Origin: Kiritimatiellia bacterium
GTDB lineage: Bacteria > Verrucomicrobiota > Kiritimatiellia > JAAZAB01
Assembly: GCA_040767085.1 (NCBI GenBank)
Contig: JAXGPF010000008.1
Coordinates: 96,001 to 160,000 of the forward strand
Direction of reading: 5' to 3'
Length of the DNA stretch: 64,000 bases
The notes under the pieces are model-generated. The model made no database searches. It worked only from the letters and a program-made list of their open reading frames with translations, and was not told the origin of the DNA. The position numbers and the translations under genes were made by a program. Below are positions 46,265-56,981 of this stretch, one piece after another. How positions within the stretch are numbered: the stretch's first letter is position 1; every line of letters starts with the position of its first letter.

Positions 46265-47665
46265 TGTTCGTAACAAGTCAAGTGTCCGCTTTTTGTAACA
46301 AGTGATCTGTCCGATTTGTTATTGTGTGTTGTTGCTCCTGGGGTGAGGATTTTCCTCCCCCGCGGGGGAGGAAAAAGTTTATGCGACGTCCTCCAGCGAC
46401 GCCGAAATGTTCAACGGTCCTTGGTAGCGGCCAACCACATGCGGGCCATAACGGATGGACACCGTGCCATCGAGGTGCTCGCAGACTTTAACCCGGCACT
46501 TGGCGAAGCTGAAACGCCATTTTGATGGTCCAATCTGCAAGCGGCGACTCCCGACAGCCACGGTATTGTCATTTTGAACCTCTCGCGCATGCTGCACACA
46601 GAAAATGCTGTCCAAATCCTGCTCACCGCAAGGCACGAAACACGTTCCTGTTTCCCGCGCCTTCACCTTCATGTTGCGATTGAAGGAAGGCAGAAACTGT
46701 TGTTGAATATAGACGTTGGCCTCGGCCATCGTCCGGATTCCCGCCTGCCTTAATTCCTGCGGCAGGCGCCCTTGCCAGGTCTTAAACATCCGCTCTATTC
46801 GCCCACGTCCCTGGGGGCTATAGCTCGGAATATGTTCGATCCCCAACTGTTGCAACGCCCGTCCAATTTGCGTCAATTGACGCCGGTCCACCGCCCCGCC
46901 TTCTTTGGGCGTATAAAAGAAATGACTGCCACGATCCGTGTACAGACTGCAGAAAACCCCATGTTTAATAATGACTTCTTTCAACCCCTTCATCACCGTT
47001 AATGTCCCTTCCTGGGGCACAAGATAGGCCGTGTAGACTTCGCTGGTGGCATCGTCCATCACCAGGATCAGATCCTGCTTCTGGCCCGCCAGCAGGGGCA
47101 ACCAGGCATGGGTGCTGCCATCCACCATCAACATCATCCCCGCCATTGGTCGCCGTTCCCGCTGCTGCCGATGCGGCCCTCGTTTCCGGGCCTTCGCCAC
47201 CAACCCGGCCGTCTGCAAGGCGCTCTTGACCCACTGATAACTGAGCTCGATCCCATGCTCCGCCTGCAGCTTCTCGTGAAAATGCCTCACATTGAAATCC
47301 ATGTATTCTTCTCGGTACAACCTCAGCACCTGCTTCACCGTCGCAAGGGGCACGCGCCGCGGCCCCGGTATCTTCCGCCGACGATCCAGCAGCCCGTCGT
47401 AACCATACCGCTCGTAGCGCCCTTTCCAGCGCCGCATGGTCCGGTAGCTCACACCTAGTATCTCCGCCGCCTCCCACCACATTAACCGCCCTTCAATCGC
47501 ACGCAAGATCACTTCCTGTACCTTCATTGCCCGCTCCAGTGCTGCCTTCGGATATTCATCCATATAACCCCCCTTTGAATGCACCATCCTGACAGCTTTA
47601 AGCGGACAAATCATTTGTTAATTATGCGGCCAAGTCATTTGTTTACGACACATTTGTTTACGACA
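46265..47665 (-). mobile_element. IS1202-group (ISNCY, IS481-related) insertion sequence
   Basis: Ends TGTTCGTAACAA / TTGTTTACGACA with internal GCGGACA repeats; 16-bp direct repeat GCCGCGGAAAATTTAG at 46249-46264 and 47666-47681. Confidence 0.88.
46379..47563 (-). CDS. DDE transposase (ISNCY/IS1202-like)
   Basis: HTH, VDGSTHAW, MDDATS, YTDRGS, SPQGRGRIERMFKTWQGRL. Confidence 0.93.
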   Translation of the reverse strand: MDEYPKAALERAMKVQEVILRAIEGRLMWWEAAEILGVSYRTMRRWKGRYERYGYDGLLDRRRKIPGPRRVPLATVKQVLRLYREEYMDFNVRHFHEKLQAEHGIELSYQWVKSALQTAGLVAKARKRGPHRQQRERRPMAGMMLMVDGSTHAWLPLLAGQKQDLILVMDDATSEVYTAYLVPQEGTLTVMKGLKEVIIKHGVFCSLYTDRGSHFFYTPKEGGAVDRRQLTQIGRALQQLGIEHIPSYSPQGRGRIERMFKTWQGRLPQELRQAGIRTMAEANVYIQQQFLPSFNRNMKVKARETGTCFVPCGEQDLDSIFCVQHAREVQNDNTVAVGSRRLQIGPSKWRFSFAKCRVKVCEHLDGTVSIRYGPHVVGRYQGPLNISASLEDVA

Positions 47666-47759
47666 GCCGCGGAAAATTTAGTTGACAATCATGCAATAAA
47701 GAATATAAGGCAAAATCAAGATGGTACTAAGTCATGGAGGACCAATTAACGGAGGCGGT

Positions 47760-49430
47760 ATGCACCACTTGAAATTTGCGGTTTGGTCAGCGTTCATGGC
47801 GGGCGCGGTCATGACTGCTTCGGCGGCCATCAGTTTAACCGATATCGGTTTTAACGATGCCAACGCCGGCCCGGTGGAAATCACCGCCGATGTGGCTGGC
47901 ACGGGGTCCAGCGGCGGCATCGTGTCCTGGGAGGCCGCGCTTGACAGCGGACTCCTGAAATTGTACCGGGCGCCGGAGATGCTGGAGCCGGGGACGAATT
48001 TCTGGTCCTCATCGTGGAATCCCTATTTCCGCGGCAGGTATGATTTCGATCTGACCGCGGTGGATTTTCCCCCCACCGCGCCGCCGGCGGAATACCAATG
48101 CTCCCACACGGTCGGCGCGGCGCGCGCGATTTCCGGCGCGTTGAATGCCCTGCAATACAGCAACAGTTTTTCCGGCGGCGCCTGGGCCGGCCTGGATCTC
48201 TCCAAGGTGACCCTCCATTGCATCGGCTACAATGCGGATGAAACGGAAGTGGCTTCCATCGGCTGCAACCTGCTGAACGCCAATTTTGAGCCAACATCGG
48301 GGATGTCGCCGGAAGTGACGGACATCGGTTTTACCGATATCAGTTCCAATTATCCGGCCGGCACCGTGTTCCGGTTTGATGTTGACCTGCATGCCCGCCC
48401 GACATCCATCATGGGATTTGGCGGATTATCGCGCTTCGTCTGGGCGCCGCAGGATCAGGGCAATCCCGCCGGGGCGGGCAACCTGTCCGTGGATGTCGCG
48501 AGTTGCAGCCCCTGGCGCAGCTCTTACACTTACCCGCTGGGAGCGCATGCCGGCTTTGCGCCGCTGTTTTTCGGGGACCCGGAGGACGCGGAGGAATTCG
48601 AAGGCGCGCTGATGTGCACCACCGCCCATTACCTGGATGTCGCGCCTTCGCTGTCGGAGGACGAGGCCGATCGCATCGGGCTGGTGGTGGACGGCCATGC
48701 CGGCACCACCAATTATCTGCAGATTTTCCTGCCGGACCGGATTCTGGAAGCCTGGGGGATCACCAACCTTGAAAACGCCGCCGCGGTGCAAGCGCAACTC
48801 GGGTATTTTGTGGATGGACTGGAATTGGACGAGGACGTCGCCGCGCCGGTCGTCATGCGGCTGGAAGATGCCGGCGGAATTTTTCAATTCGACTGGGATG
48901 GCGACGGCGCCATGGACGACGGCTGCCTCGTGCGTTTCACTTTCGTGTTTCCGGCGGAACCTTTATCGGCCGGCCGCGCCAATCAGCGGGGCTTGGCCGT
49001 GGAAGTCGGGCCGCACGCCACGCCCCCCGCGCCGAAGCCGGGGCCTTCCATCCAGGTCAACGGCCGGACCGGCGAGGTAGCCCTGGCGGTCGGCGAGTGG
49101 ATGAACATAACCGTGGCCATGAATGCAGGTCAATACGCGGGGGCGCCGGTGGACTGGTGGTTTGTGGTTTGCTCCCTTTCCGCGCAGCCCGTCTGGTATT
49201 GCATGAACACCGCCGGTCAGTTGGAGGTGTTTGACGGCAATAACCTGGCGACCTGCCGGCCGGCGTTGCAAGTGCCGCTGTTCGACCTCCCGCCGTATTC
49301 CGTCGTCAACATGCCCATGCCCCCCGGCAATTACCAGATCTGGTTCGCCGTGGATTATCCCATGGATGGGGTGCTGGATGTGCAGGGACAGTTTTTGATG
49401 GACACCGTCACCATTAATGGCATCCAGTGA
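47760..49430 (+). CDS. secreted hypothetical protein
   Basis: GGAGG RBS, signal peptide ending ASA, acidic body, Pro-rich linker, C-terminal Ig-like region (PVDWW...FAVDYPMDG). Confidence 0.7.
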   Translation: MHHLKFAVWSAFMAGAVMTASAAISLTDIGFNDANAGPVEITADVAGTGSSGGIVSWEAALDSGLLKLYRAPEMLEPGTNFWSSSWNPYFRGRYDFDLTAVDFPPTAPPAEYQCSHTVGAARAISGALNALQYSNSFSGGAWAGLDLSKVTLHCIGYNADETEVASIGCNLLNANFEPTSGMSPEVTDIGFTDISSNYPAGTVFRFDVDLHARPTSIMGFGGLSRFVWAPQDQGNPAGAGNLSVDVASCSPWRSSYTYPLGAHAGFAPLFFGDPEDAEEFEGALMCTTAHYLDVAPSLSEDEADRIGLVVDGHAGTTNYLQIFLPDRILEAWGITNLENAAAVQAQLGYFVDGLELDEDVAAPVVMRLEDAGGIFQFDWDGDGAMDDGCLVRFTFVFPAEPLSAGRANQRGLAVEVGPHATPPAPKPGPSIQVNGRTGEVALAVGEWMNITVAMNAGQYAGAPVDWWFVVCSLSAQPVWYCMNTAGQLEVFDGNNLATCRPALQVPLFDLPPYSVVNMPMPPGNYQIWFAVDYPMDGVLDVQGQFLMDTVTINGIQ

Positions 49431-49459
49431 CAGCGGCGCGGGATGGCTGCGCCGGGACG

Positions 49460-50449
49460 TTACCCGGCGCGCCCGTGGCGTTCCATTGCGGATTGAACAA
49501 TCTGGCAGAGCATGCGCCGGTATCCTTCGGCCGGGTCGCTGGTTGGATGATAAAGCGCGTAAATCTGCGGACTCCAGCTCTTCAGCGGTTTCAAGCCGGG
49601 GATGCCGTTGACCTCAATCACCTTCAATCGTCCGCCGGCATCCATCCGCATGTCAATGCGGATGTGATCATGACAATCCAGGGCCGCCGCGGCTGCCCTG
49701 GCCAGTTGCCGCGCTGCTTCATCCTGCTCTGCCGGGATGCTGATTTTCGTGACGCCGACCCCGCGCAAATCGCTGCGTAAAATCCGGTGTTTGCCGTAGA
49801 GCGCCTCATCCACCGTGACCAGGCCGGGTAAAAATTCCTGGCCTGCGCCGTTGCCCAGCATCAAGACCGTGTATTCCCGGCCCGGCAGGTATTCCTCGAG
49901 CAGCGCCGCCTGTTGAAATGTGTCGTGAATATACTTCACCCGCCGCGCCAATTCCTCCAGCGAATGCACCACGCTTTCATCGCTGATGCCCACGGAGCGG
50001 GATTCCGCGCAGGGCTTGACGAAAGCCGGGTAGGCGACCTCCGGCAAATCCGCGGCGGGAAGCGCCAGCCAATTGGCGGGCACGCGCACTCCATGGGCCT
50101 GCAGGATGCGATGGGTGGCGGCTTTGTCGATCAGGTTTTTCATGGTTTGCGCGTTGGGCCCGATATAGGGAATGCCGCGCGCATCCAGCAGGTCCGCCAC
50201 CCATAAATTGCCGTCGGCGTTCAGGCCGATAATATCCGCGCGCGGCGTGATGTAATACAGGGCCGACCAGACCAGGCCGCCGGCTTGGCCGGCGATGGCT
50301 TGTTCGAAGTCCGCAAGTGTTTCCACCCAGGCGATGCGCGCGTCGAACCCGCCCGCGGTCAAGGCGTCGCGCATGCATTCCGTCACGCGCATATCGCCCC
50401 AACCCTGGGCGTCGCCGCCCGGCCCGGTGATTAATAAAATCCTCTTCAT
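49460..50449 (-). CDS. ATP-grasp ligase, D-Ala-D-Ala-ligase-like
   Basis: IPYIG, FVKP..E.RSVGI, LEEYLPGREYTV, RIDMR, IEVNGIPGL; N-terminus differs from canonical Ddl. Confidence 0.82.
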   Translation of the reverse strand: MKRILLITGPGGDAQGWGDMRVTECMRDALTAGGFDARIAWVETLADFEQAIAGQAGGLVWSALYYITPRADIIGLNADGNLWVADLLDARGIPYIGPNAQTMKNLIDKAATHRILQAHGVRVPANWLALPAADLPEVAYPAFVKPCAESRSVGISDESVVHSLEELARRVKYIHDTFQQAALLEEYLPGREYTVLMLGNGAGQEFLPGLVTVDEALYGKHRILRSDLRGVGVTKISIPAEQDEAARQLARAAAAALDCHDHIRIDMRMDAGGRLKVIEVNGIPGLKPLKSWSPQIYALYHPTSDPAEGYRRMLCQIVQSAMERHGRAG

Positions 50450-50490
50450 GATAGAACTCCTTCCGGCAGAATCAAAATGAATGAATTGAA

Positions 50491-51399
50491 TCAGCAGACA
50501 AACAGCCCGGGATCGTGCCGGTACTGCCGCAGCGCCGCGGCCGTTGCCGGCGAGACCGGCGCCAGCGCCCGGCTGATGGCCCGGATTTTCTCAGCGGTGA
50601 ATGTGGTTTTCGCCACCATGGTTACGGAGATGCGCGGCGCTGGAAATGTACCGGCCCGCCCCGGTCCCGCCAGGCAGGCGCTCATGGCGCGGTTGGGATT
50701 CAGGATGACCGCGGGGCCTTGCGTATGGCGCGCCAGGCTTTTCTCGAACAGTTGCCGGCTGTAGCCGAAATGCGTGCAGCAGAGCGCCGCCGCCAGCGGT
50801 TGCCGCCGGTCCGGCAGTCGCGCCACCGCCTGGCGGACGTAATCCTCGATCATGCCGGCCACCAGCGGCCGCTCCGGGCCGTTTTCGATTTCGCCGGCCA
50901 GTCGGTCGCAGGGTTGGGTGATTATCCGGTCGGCGTCTGTGCCGCGCGCGATCAATCGCGCGGCATGCGTGTTGGCTTCAATGGTAGTCGGTGTGCCGAA
51001 TATGATCACCCGCCCGGCCGGCGCGGCCTGCAGATACGTCTGCATTAATTCCACGCCGAAATCAATGATGTCCACCACCGGGATGGCGGCCCGGCGACGG
51101 AAGGGCGTATGTTCATACAGGACGGACAGCGTATTGCAGGCGATCAGGATCGCGTCGGGTTGCAGCCGCTGCATGCCTTCCAGGGCGCAGTTGAAAACAC
51201 GGATTTTTTCCGCCATGTCCGGCAGCATGTTGTAACCCCGGCGCTGCTCCGGGCGGGCGTCAAAGCAGACGATCTCCGCCGCCTCGAAATCGCCGCGGCG
51301 CGCCAGGTTTGCCGCCAGTTCCGCGCAAACGGAGAGGCCGCCGAGGCCGGAGTCGGTGATGATTATTCTGACCGCTTTTTTATCCAATACGGTATGCAT
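50491..51399 (-). CDS. aspartate/glutamate racemase (MurI-like)
   Basis: TDSGLGGLS, IACNT, LCCTHF (both catalytic Cys present). Confidence 0.85.
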   Translation of the reverse strand: MHTVLDKKAVRIIITDSGLGGLSVCAELAANLARRGDFEAAEIVCFDARPEQRRGYNMLPDMAEKIRVFNCALEGMQRLQPDAILIACNTLSVLYEHTPFRRRAAIPVVDIIDFGVELMQTYLQAAPAGRVIIFGTPTTIEANTHAARLIARGTDADRIITQPCDRLAGEIENGPERPLVAGMIEDYVRQAVARLPDRRQPLAAALCCTHFGYSRQLFEKSLARHTQGPAVILNPNRAMSACLAGPGRAGTFPAPRISVTMVAKTTFTAEKIRAISRALAPVSPATAAALRQYRHDPGLFVC

Positions 51400-51443
51400 A
51401 AGTTTTTGGCGCACGCGCCGGCCAGCATGCCGCCCGGCGCAGC

Positions 51444-52667
51444 TTAGCGCCTGGCCGTCAGCCACTCCCGCGCCAGGTCGCAAGCCCAATCCGGCGCGTC
51501 GTCCAGCGTCCCTGCCATGATCCGCGTCAGCGCGGCCTCCCAATGCTGCCGGTGCTGCATGGTGGTGAGCCGGTTGCGGAACATGGCCGCTCCCTTGGCC
51601 GGGTCCGACGCGAGCCGGTCCATGATCATCCGGACTTCCGCCTGAAATCCGGGAATGCCGTAATAGCGCAGAAATCCGCGCCAGGCCTGTTCCGCGCCTT
51701 CGCGGCGCTGCAGCGGGCGGGAAACCCGGGCCAGCATTCTGAAAAAATGCGCGCGGCGAAGGCCCTGCAGCCGGCGCAGTCCATCGGCCGCAATTTCGTA
51801 AGGGATGATCTCCAGGCGCGCCAGTGTCCCCCGGGCGATGCCCGCCCGCACCAGGTAGCCGATTTTGCGGCAGGCCAGGTCGGTTTCCTGGTAAAAGACG
51901 AAATTGCCCAGGCTGTAGCAGATCGGCGTGTTCCGATGAATTTGCACGCCTTGGGGCACATGGGGATGGTGGCCGATGACCAGGTCGGCCCCGGCCTCGG
52001 CAATGCGTTCAAATGCGCGCGCCACATACGGCGGGGGGAACGGGATGTATTCCAATCCGCAGTGGCCTATGGCCAGGACGAAATCGGCCCGTTGACGTTC
52101 CGCGCGCACCTGCTGCGCGATGGCGTCAATTTCCCAGCCGCGGACGCCCGGGCCATCCGCCGCCGCGGTCAAGTCTTCGGCCTCGCTGAAATTGACGATC
52201 GCCAATCGCAGCCCCTTGACTTTCAGGCGCAGCGGCTGGCTGGCCGCCTGGCCCGTCAGGCCGGCGCCGGCGGCGCGGATGCCGTGCGCGCGCAAGACCC
52301 GGCAGGTTTCCCGAAATCCGGCGACGCCGTAGTCGAAAACGTGATTGTTCGCCAGGGTGGCCGCTTCGAACGGCACGGCGGACAGCGCGCGGACATCCGC
52401 GGGCCGACCGCGCAGCACGGAGCCGCTCTTGCACGCCGGCGCGCCCCTGGTTGTCAGCGGGCACTCGAGGTTGACGATCCGCAGGTCGGCCCGGCGCAGG
52501 TCCTCCAGCACGTCGCCGTAAACGGCTGCCGGATCGCGGGCGATAACCGGCGCGAAGTTGCGGATTGGCGCCCAGTCGGATGCAATCATGACTTCCGCCG
52601 CCGGCGCCGGCGCCCCGGTCCGTTCCCAGCAGCCCTGCCGCCAATCCATGAACCAGTTTTGTCGCAT
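51444..52667 (-). CDS. CapA/PgsA-family metallophosphoesterase
   Basis: NLECPL, LANNHVFDYG, GHCGLE, IGHHPHVPQG, YSLGNF. Confidence 0.88.
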   Translation of the reverse strand: MRQNWFMDWRQGCWERTGAPAPAAEVMIASDWAPIRNFAPVIARDPAAVYGDVLEDLRRADLRIVNLECPLTTRGAPACKSGSVLRGRPADVRALSAVPFEAATLANNHVFDYGVAGFRETCRVLRAHGIRAAGAGLTGQAASQPLRLKVKGLRLAIVNFSEAEDLTAAADGPGVRGWEIDAIAQQVRAERQRADFVLAIGHCGLEYIPFPPPYVARAFERIAEAGADLVIGHHPHVPQGVQIHRNTPICYSLGNFVFYQETDLACRKIGYLVRAGIARGTLARLEIIPYEIAADGLRRLQGLRRAHFFRMLARVSRPLQRREGAEQAWRGFLRYYGIPGFQAEVRMIMDRLASDPAKGAAMFRNRLTTMQHRQHWEAALTRIMAGTLDDAPDWACDLAREWLTARR

Positions 52668-52821
52668 AAGTTACGCCTCGCGCATGCCGGCCGCAGCGCC
52701 TCCGGGAACCGCTTGAAGTCAACCCGACATGTACAGGGCAAATTAGCAGAATCGCTTTCCGGCCGCAATGCTATTCACCACAAAGCAAATTCTCTGACTC
52801 CGCCCGCTTCGCGTTGGCAAT

Positions 52822-52866
52822 CCGGAGTTTTGAACATAAGGCAGCACAAGGGCGGCACAAGGTGGG
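52822..52866. repeat. inverted copy of the 35470 repeat
   Basis: CCGGAGTTTTGAACATAAGGCAGCACAAGGGCGGCACAAGGTGGG. Confidence 0.75.
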
Positions 52867-52988
52867 ATTGTTGAAGATATCCGCCATGCACGTTCCCGGC
52901 GAAGCGGTTAATCCGGCCTGCGAATTTTGCTCGCATTCCGTTCTGAATTTGGGTTTTATCTTATACCGCCGCCTGCCGGCGGGAAACC

Positions 52989-55900
52989 ATGACTGATGCA
53001 AAAGTGAAATCCGACTTGAAATTCAACCGCGAATTGCTGGCGCGGCTGCGGATGGCTTTGGCGCGGGACGGCGTCCGCCGGATTCCCGCCCTGCCGTTTT
53101 CCGCGGCCGCGTTGCTGGCGGCGGAAATCCGCCGCGCGCTGCAACGCGGCGTGGTGGCGGTGACTGACAGCCTGCGGACGCTGGAAGAATTCCAGCGTCA
53201 CCTGGAAGTCTTCTGCCCGGCGGATGAGATTCTGCGTTTCCCGGCGGAGGAAGACCCGGAAGGCGCCGCCCGGGATCGGAACGCCGTCGCCGGACGCCTG
53301 GGCGGGGAACGGGCGCAGGTTTTGTACAAGCTGGCGCAAACGTCCCGGCCGCTGGTGGCAACCTGTATCCAGGCCTTGATGCAGACGGCGCCGCCGGCGG
53401 CGAGTCTGCGGCAGATGGCCCTGCGGCTGCGGCCGGGCGCCAGCCAGGATCCTGTCGCCTTGTTGGAAAAACTGGCGGAGCAGGGGTACGACGTGGCGGT
53501 CGAAGTCCAGGCGCCCGGCCAGGCGGCGCGGCGCGGCGGACTGCTGGATGTCTGGCCGCCGGGCACGGAAGGGCCATGCCGCATTGAATTTTACGGCGCA
53601 AAAGTGGAGACGCTTCGCTGGTTCGATCCGCTGACCCAGCGCTCGCAGGCGCGGGCGGAGGAACTGGTCATCCTGACGGAACCGTCCGGCTCAGGCAGCC
53701 GGGATCAGCCTGCAACCTGGGAGTCACCCGTGAAGCAATTGCCGGCGGACGGCATTTACCTGTGGCTTGAGCCGGCCGGCGACGCCGTCCCCGGCGTGCC
53801 GGGCGGCATCACCGGGATTGAAGCGCACGCGGAAATGTTCCTCCAGGCGGCCCCGGAAGCCGCCGCCGCCGGCCGCCTGGTTTCATTGCCGCAGGTGCGG
53901 GCCGACCTGGCGGAATTTACCCGGGGGCCTTCGGGCGCGCGGGAACTGCATATCGGGGGCATCGAGACGCCGGACCCGGCGCAGATTCTGGATCTGGCAT
54001 TCCGGCCGTTGCCGCCTTTGTTCAGCGGCGGCGAACGTTTGTTGACGCCGGACGTTTTTGAGTCGGAGCGGCGCAAGTGGTTGGAAGACCTGGAGCGCAT
54101 GGCCCGCCATGGCCGGCGGGTATGCTTGTTTTTCGGTTCGGCCGGCGGCTTGGAACGTTTCCGCGAGTTGTATCCCCGCCTGCCGTTCGAGTTGCGCCTG
54201 GGAGCGCTGGCGGACGGATTCGAAAACGACCTGCTCGGTCTGACGGTGGTTTCGGAATCCAACCTGATCGGCCGGCGCAAACGGCTGCCCGGCGGATTCA
54301 GCCGCCGCGCCGCGCGCCGGGCGGCATTAAGCGCGGCCGGCGAAACCATTACCGACGCGATGAAGCTTGAACCCGGCGACCTGGTGGTGCATGTCGAACA
54401 CGGGATCGGGCGCTACCTGGGCATTTACGAAGTCGAGTTCAACGGCAAACGCCAGGAGGCGCTGACGCTGGAATATGCCGACGAAGCCCGCTTGTATGTG
54501 CCGGCCTCCCAGGCGCATCTGCTCAGCCGCTATGTCGGCGCCGGCCGGCCGCATACGGTGGTCCTGCACCGCCTGGGCGGCGGCCGCTGGCGCCGCGAAA
54601 AACGCGCGGCGGAAATCGCCGTGCGCGACCTGGCCGCCGGCCTGCTGGAAACCCAGGCTTTGCGCAGCGCCCGGCCCGGTTACGCGTTTCCGGAAGACAC
54701 GGCCTGGCAGCATGAATTTGAAGCCGCCTTCCCGTTCCAGGAAACCGAGGACCAGGAACGCGCCATCCGGGAAGTCAAGCGCGACATGCAGGCGCCCCGT
54801 CCGATGGACCGGCTGGTATGCGGCGATGCCGGCTACGGCAAGACCGAAGTGGCGATGCGCGCCGCTTTCAAATGCGTGCTCGCGGGCCGCCAGGCGGCGG
54901 TGCTGGTGCCGACCACTGTTCTGGCCCAGCAGCATTTTGACAGTTTCCGCGAGCGCCTGGCCGCCTATCCCCTGCGCGTGGAATTGCTTTGCCGGTTTCA
55001 GCCGCCCGGCGTTCAGGCGCGCATCATCCGGGATTTGCGCGCCGGGGCGGCGGATATCGTCATCGGCACGCATCGCCTGGTGCAGAAGGATGTGGCTTTC
55101 AAGGACCTGGGCCTGGTGATCATTGACGAGGAGCAGCGCTTCGGGGTCGAGCACAAGGAGCGCCTGAAAAGCATGAAGCAACTGGTGGATGTGCTGACGC
55201 TCACCGCCACCCCCATCCCGCGCACCCTCTATCTGAGCCTGACCGGCGCCCGCGAGATCAGCGTCATCCAGACGCCGCCCCGCGAACGCCAGCCGATCGA
55301 GACGATTATCGCCCGCGATGACGATGCGCTTATCCGCGCCGCCATCCTGCGCGAATTGAACCGGGGCGGGCAGGTGTATTTCCTTTACAACCGCGTGATG
55401 ACGATCGAACGGATGGCCGAACGGTTGCGCCGGCTGGCGCCGGAAGTGCGGCTGGGCGTCGGACACGGCCAGATGGCCGCCGGCGAGCTGGCGCGCGTGG
55501 TACGGGATTTTGCCGCAGGGCGCCTGGACCTTTTGCTCTGCACCACCATCATTGAAAGCGGCATGGATATTTCCAACGCCAATACCATCATCATCGACCG
55601 CGCCGACCGCTTCGGCATGGCGGAACTTTACCAGTTGCGCGGACGGGTGGGGCGCGCCAACCGCAAGGCCTATGCCTACCTGCTGCTGCCCGCCCACGGG
55701 CATCTGCTTTCCGATGCCCGGCGCCGGCTCGGCGCCATTGTCGAATACAGCGGCGCCGGCGCCGGGTTCCGCCTGGCCTTGCGGGATTTGGAAATCCGCG
55801 GCGCCGGCAATCTGCTGGGCGCCGCGCAGAGCGGCCATATCGCGGCGGTGGGATTCGAGCTTTATTGCCAGCTCCTGCGCCAGGCGGTAGCGGCGGTGAC

Positions 55901-56408
55901 CGGCGCAAGCGGCGGCAGCACGCCGACGCCGCTCGGCAACGCGGAGTTGAACCTGGATTTCATCGAGTTTTCACCCCTGGCGGCGGATGCCGGCAACGGC
56001 GCCTTCCTGCCGGCCGATTACATCGAGGATGAAAGGCTGCGGTTGGAGTTTTTCCGCCGGCTGGCGTCGGCCGGGCTGGACGAACTGCCGGCCTTGCGCG
56101 AGGAACTGGCCGACCGGTTCGGCCCGCCGCCGCCGCCGGCCGAACGGCTCTTGCGGATGGCGGACTTGCGCCGGCGCGCGGCGGCGGCCGGGATCGTCAG
56201 CGTGGAGGTGCGCGCCGGCCGCGTCATGCTGCGCCGCGGCGGCGGTTACGTGCAGAAGCAGCACCAATTCCCGCGGTTGCGCGCCGGCAATGCCGATGCG
56301 CGCCTGGCGGAACTGGCGGAGTTGCTCGCGGAGGCCACGGCTGCGTCATTCTCGGCGGCTCGCCCGGAGGTCTCGCCCTACCCACGACAAATGCTTATGA
56401 AACGGTAG
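52989..56408 (+). CDS. mfd: transcription-repair coupling factor Mfd
   Basis: [62 protein letters not shown]; the last ~23 aa are MITE-derived. Confidence 0.96.
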   Translation: MTDAKVKSDLKFNRELLARLRMALARDGVRRIPALPFSAAALLAAEIRRALQRGVVAVTDSLRTLEEFQRHLEVFCPADEILRFPAEEDPEGAARDRNAVAGRLGGERAQVLYKLAQTSRPLVATCIQALMQTAPPAASLRQMALRLRPGASQDPVALLEKLAEQGYDVAVEVQAPGQAARRGGLLDVWPPGTEGPCRIEFYGAKVETLRWFDPLTQRSQARAEELVILTEPSGSGSRDQPATWESPVKQLPADGIYLWLEPAGDAVPGVPGGITGIEAHAEMFLQAAPEAAAAGRLVSLPQVRADLAEFTRGPSGARELHIGGIETPDPAQILDLAFRPLPPLFSGGERLLTPDVFESERRKWLEDLERMARHGRRVCLFFGSAGGLERFRELYPRLPFELRLGALADGFENDLLGLTVVSESNLIGRRKRLPGGFSRRAARRAALSAAGETITDAMKLEPGDLVVHVEHGIGRYLGIYEVEFNGKRQEALTLEYADEARLYVPASQAHLLSRYVGAGRPHTVVLHRLGGGRWRREKRAAEIAVRDLAAGLLETQALRSARPGYAFPEDTAWQHEFEAAFPFQETEDQERAIREVKRDMQAPRPMDRLVCGDAGYGKTEVAMRAAFKCVLAGRQAAVLVPTTVLAQQHFDSFRERLAAYPLRVELLCRFQPPGVQARIIRDLRAGAADIVIGTHRLVQKDVAFKDLGLVIIDEEQRFGVEHKERLKSMKQLVDVLTLTATPIPRTLYLSLTGAREISVIQTPPRERQPIETIIARDDDALIRAAILRELNRGGQVYFLYNRVMTIERMAERLRRLAPEVRLGVGHGQMAAGELARVVRDFAAGRLDLLLCTTIIESGMDISNANTIIIDRADRFGMAELYQLRGRVGRANRKAYAYLLLPAHGHLLSDARRRLGAIVEYSGAGAGFRLALRDLEIRGAGNLLGAAQSGHIAAVGFELYCQLLRQAVAAVTGASGGSTPTPLGNAELNLDFIEFSPLAADAGNGAFLPADYIEDERLRLEFFRRLASAGLDELPALREELADRFGPPPPPAERLLRMADLRRRAAAAGIVSVEVRAGRVMLRRGGGYVQKQHQFPRLRAGNADARLAELAELLAEATAASFSAARPEVSPYPRQMLMKR

Positions 56409-56457
56409 GGCGAGGTCTCCGTACCGAGCCGTCTGTTCTGAGAATGACGCAGCCGTG
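56336..56457 (+). mobile_element. MITE family A copy 4, inserted in the mfd 3' end
   Basis: Perfect TIR CACGGCTGCGTCATTCTC / GAGAATGACGCAGCCGTG; flanks TCGCGGAGGC / TGGCGGAGGC. Confidence 0.85.
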
Positions 56458-56573
56458 TGGCGGAGGCGTAAGCCGCCACTTCTGGATTGACCTTGGTCCA
56501 ATATCATGTAAACTACATCATTAATGGCTGGCGGTGAGAGGATGGCCCCGGGAATTCAACAGGACGTCGGTAT

Positions 56574-56966
56574 ATGGCTGCGCTCAATGTTTTAATTGTT
56601 GACGACGAAGCATGCGTCCGCCGGTTGCTGGCCAGAATCTTGCAGCGCGAATTGCAACTGACGCCCAGCGAGGCCGACTGCGGCCGGCAGGCATGCGCAC
56701 TGGCGGCCCAGTCCGCATTTGACGCCATCATTTGCGACTTGTACCTCCCGGATATTGACGGAGTGAAATTGATTAAAAAATTGCAAAAAGCCGGCCGTTG
56801 CCCGCCCTTGATCATAATGCTTTCCGGCGCCATACCGCCGCCGGCGGAAACCATGCCCGCCGGCACGATATTCATCAGCAAGCCATTCAACCCCGGCGAC
56901 ATCATCGCGCCCCTGGCCGCTGGCGCGCGCCGCGCGGCAGACCCCGGCGCCGCCAGGTTAGACTAA
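56574..56966 (+). CDS. single-domain response regulator
   Basis: LIVDDE, ICDLYLPDIDG, LSG, SKPF. Confidence 0.8.
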   Translation: MAALNVLIVDDEACVRRLLARILQRELQLTPSEADCGRQACALAAQSAFDAIICDLYLPDIDGVKLIKKLQKAGRCPPLIIMLSGAIPPPAETMPAGTIFISKPFNPGDIIAPLAAGARRAADPGAARLD

Positions 56967-56981
56967 ACGGAGCACCCCCCC

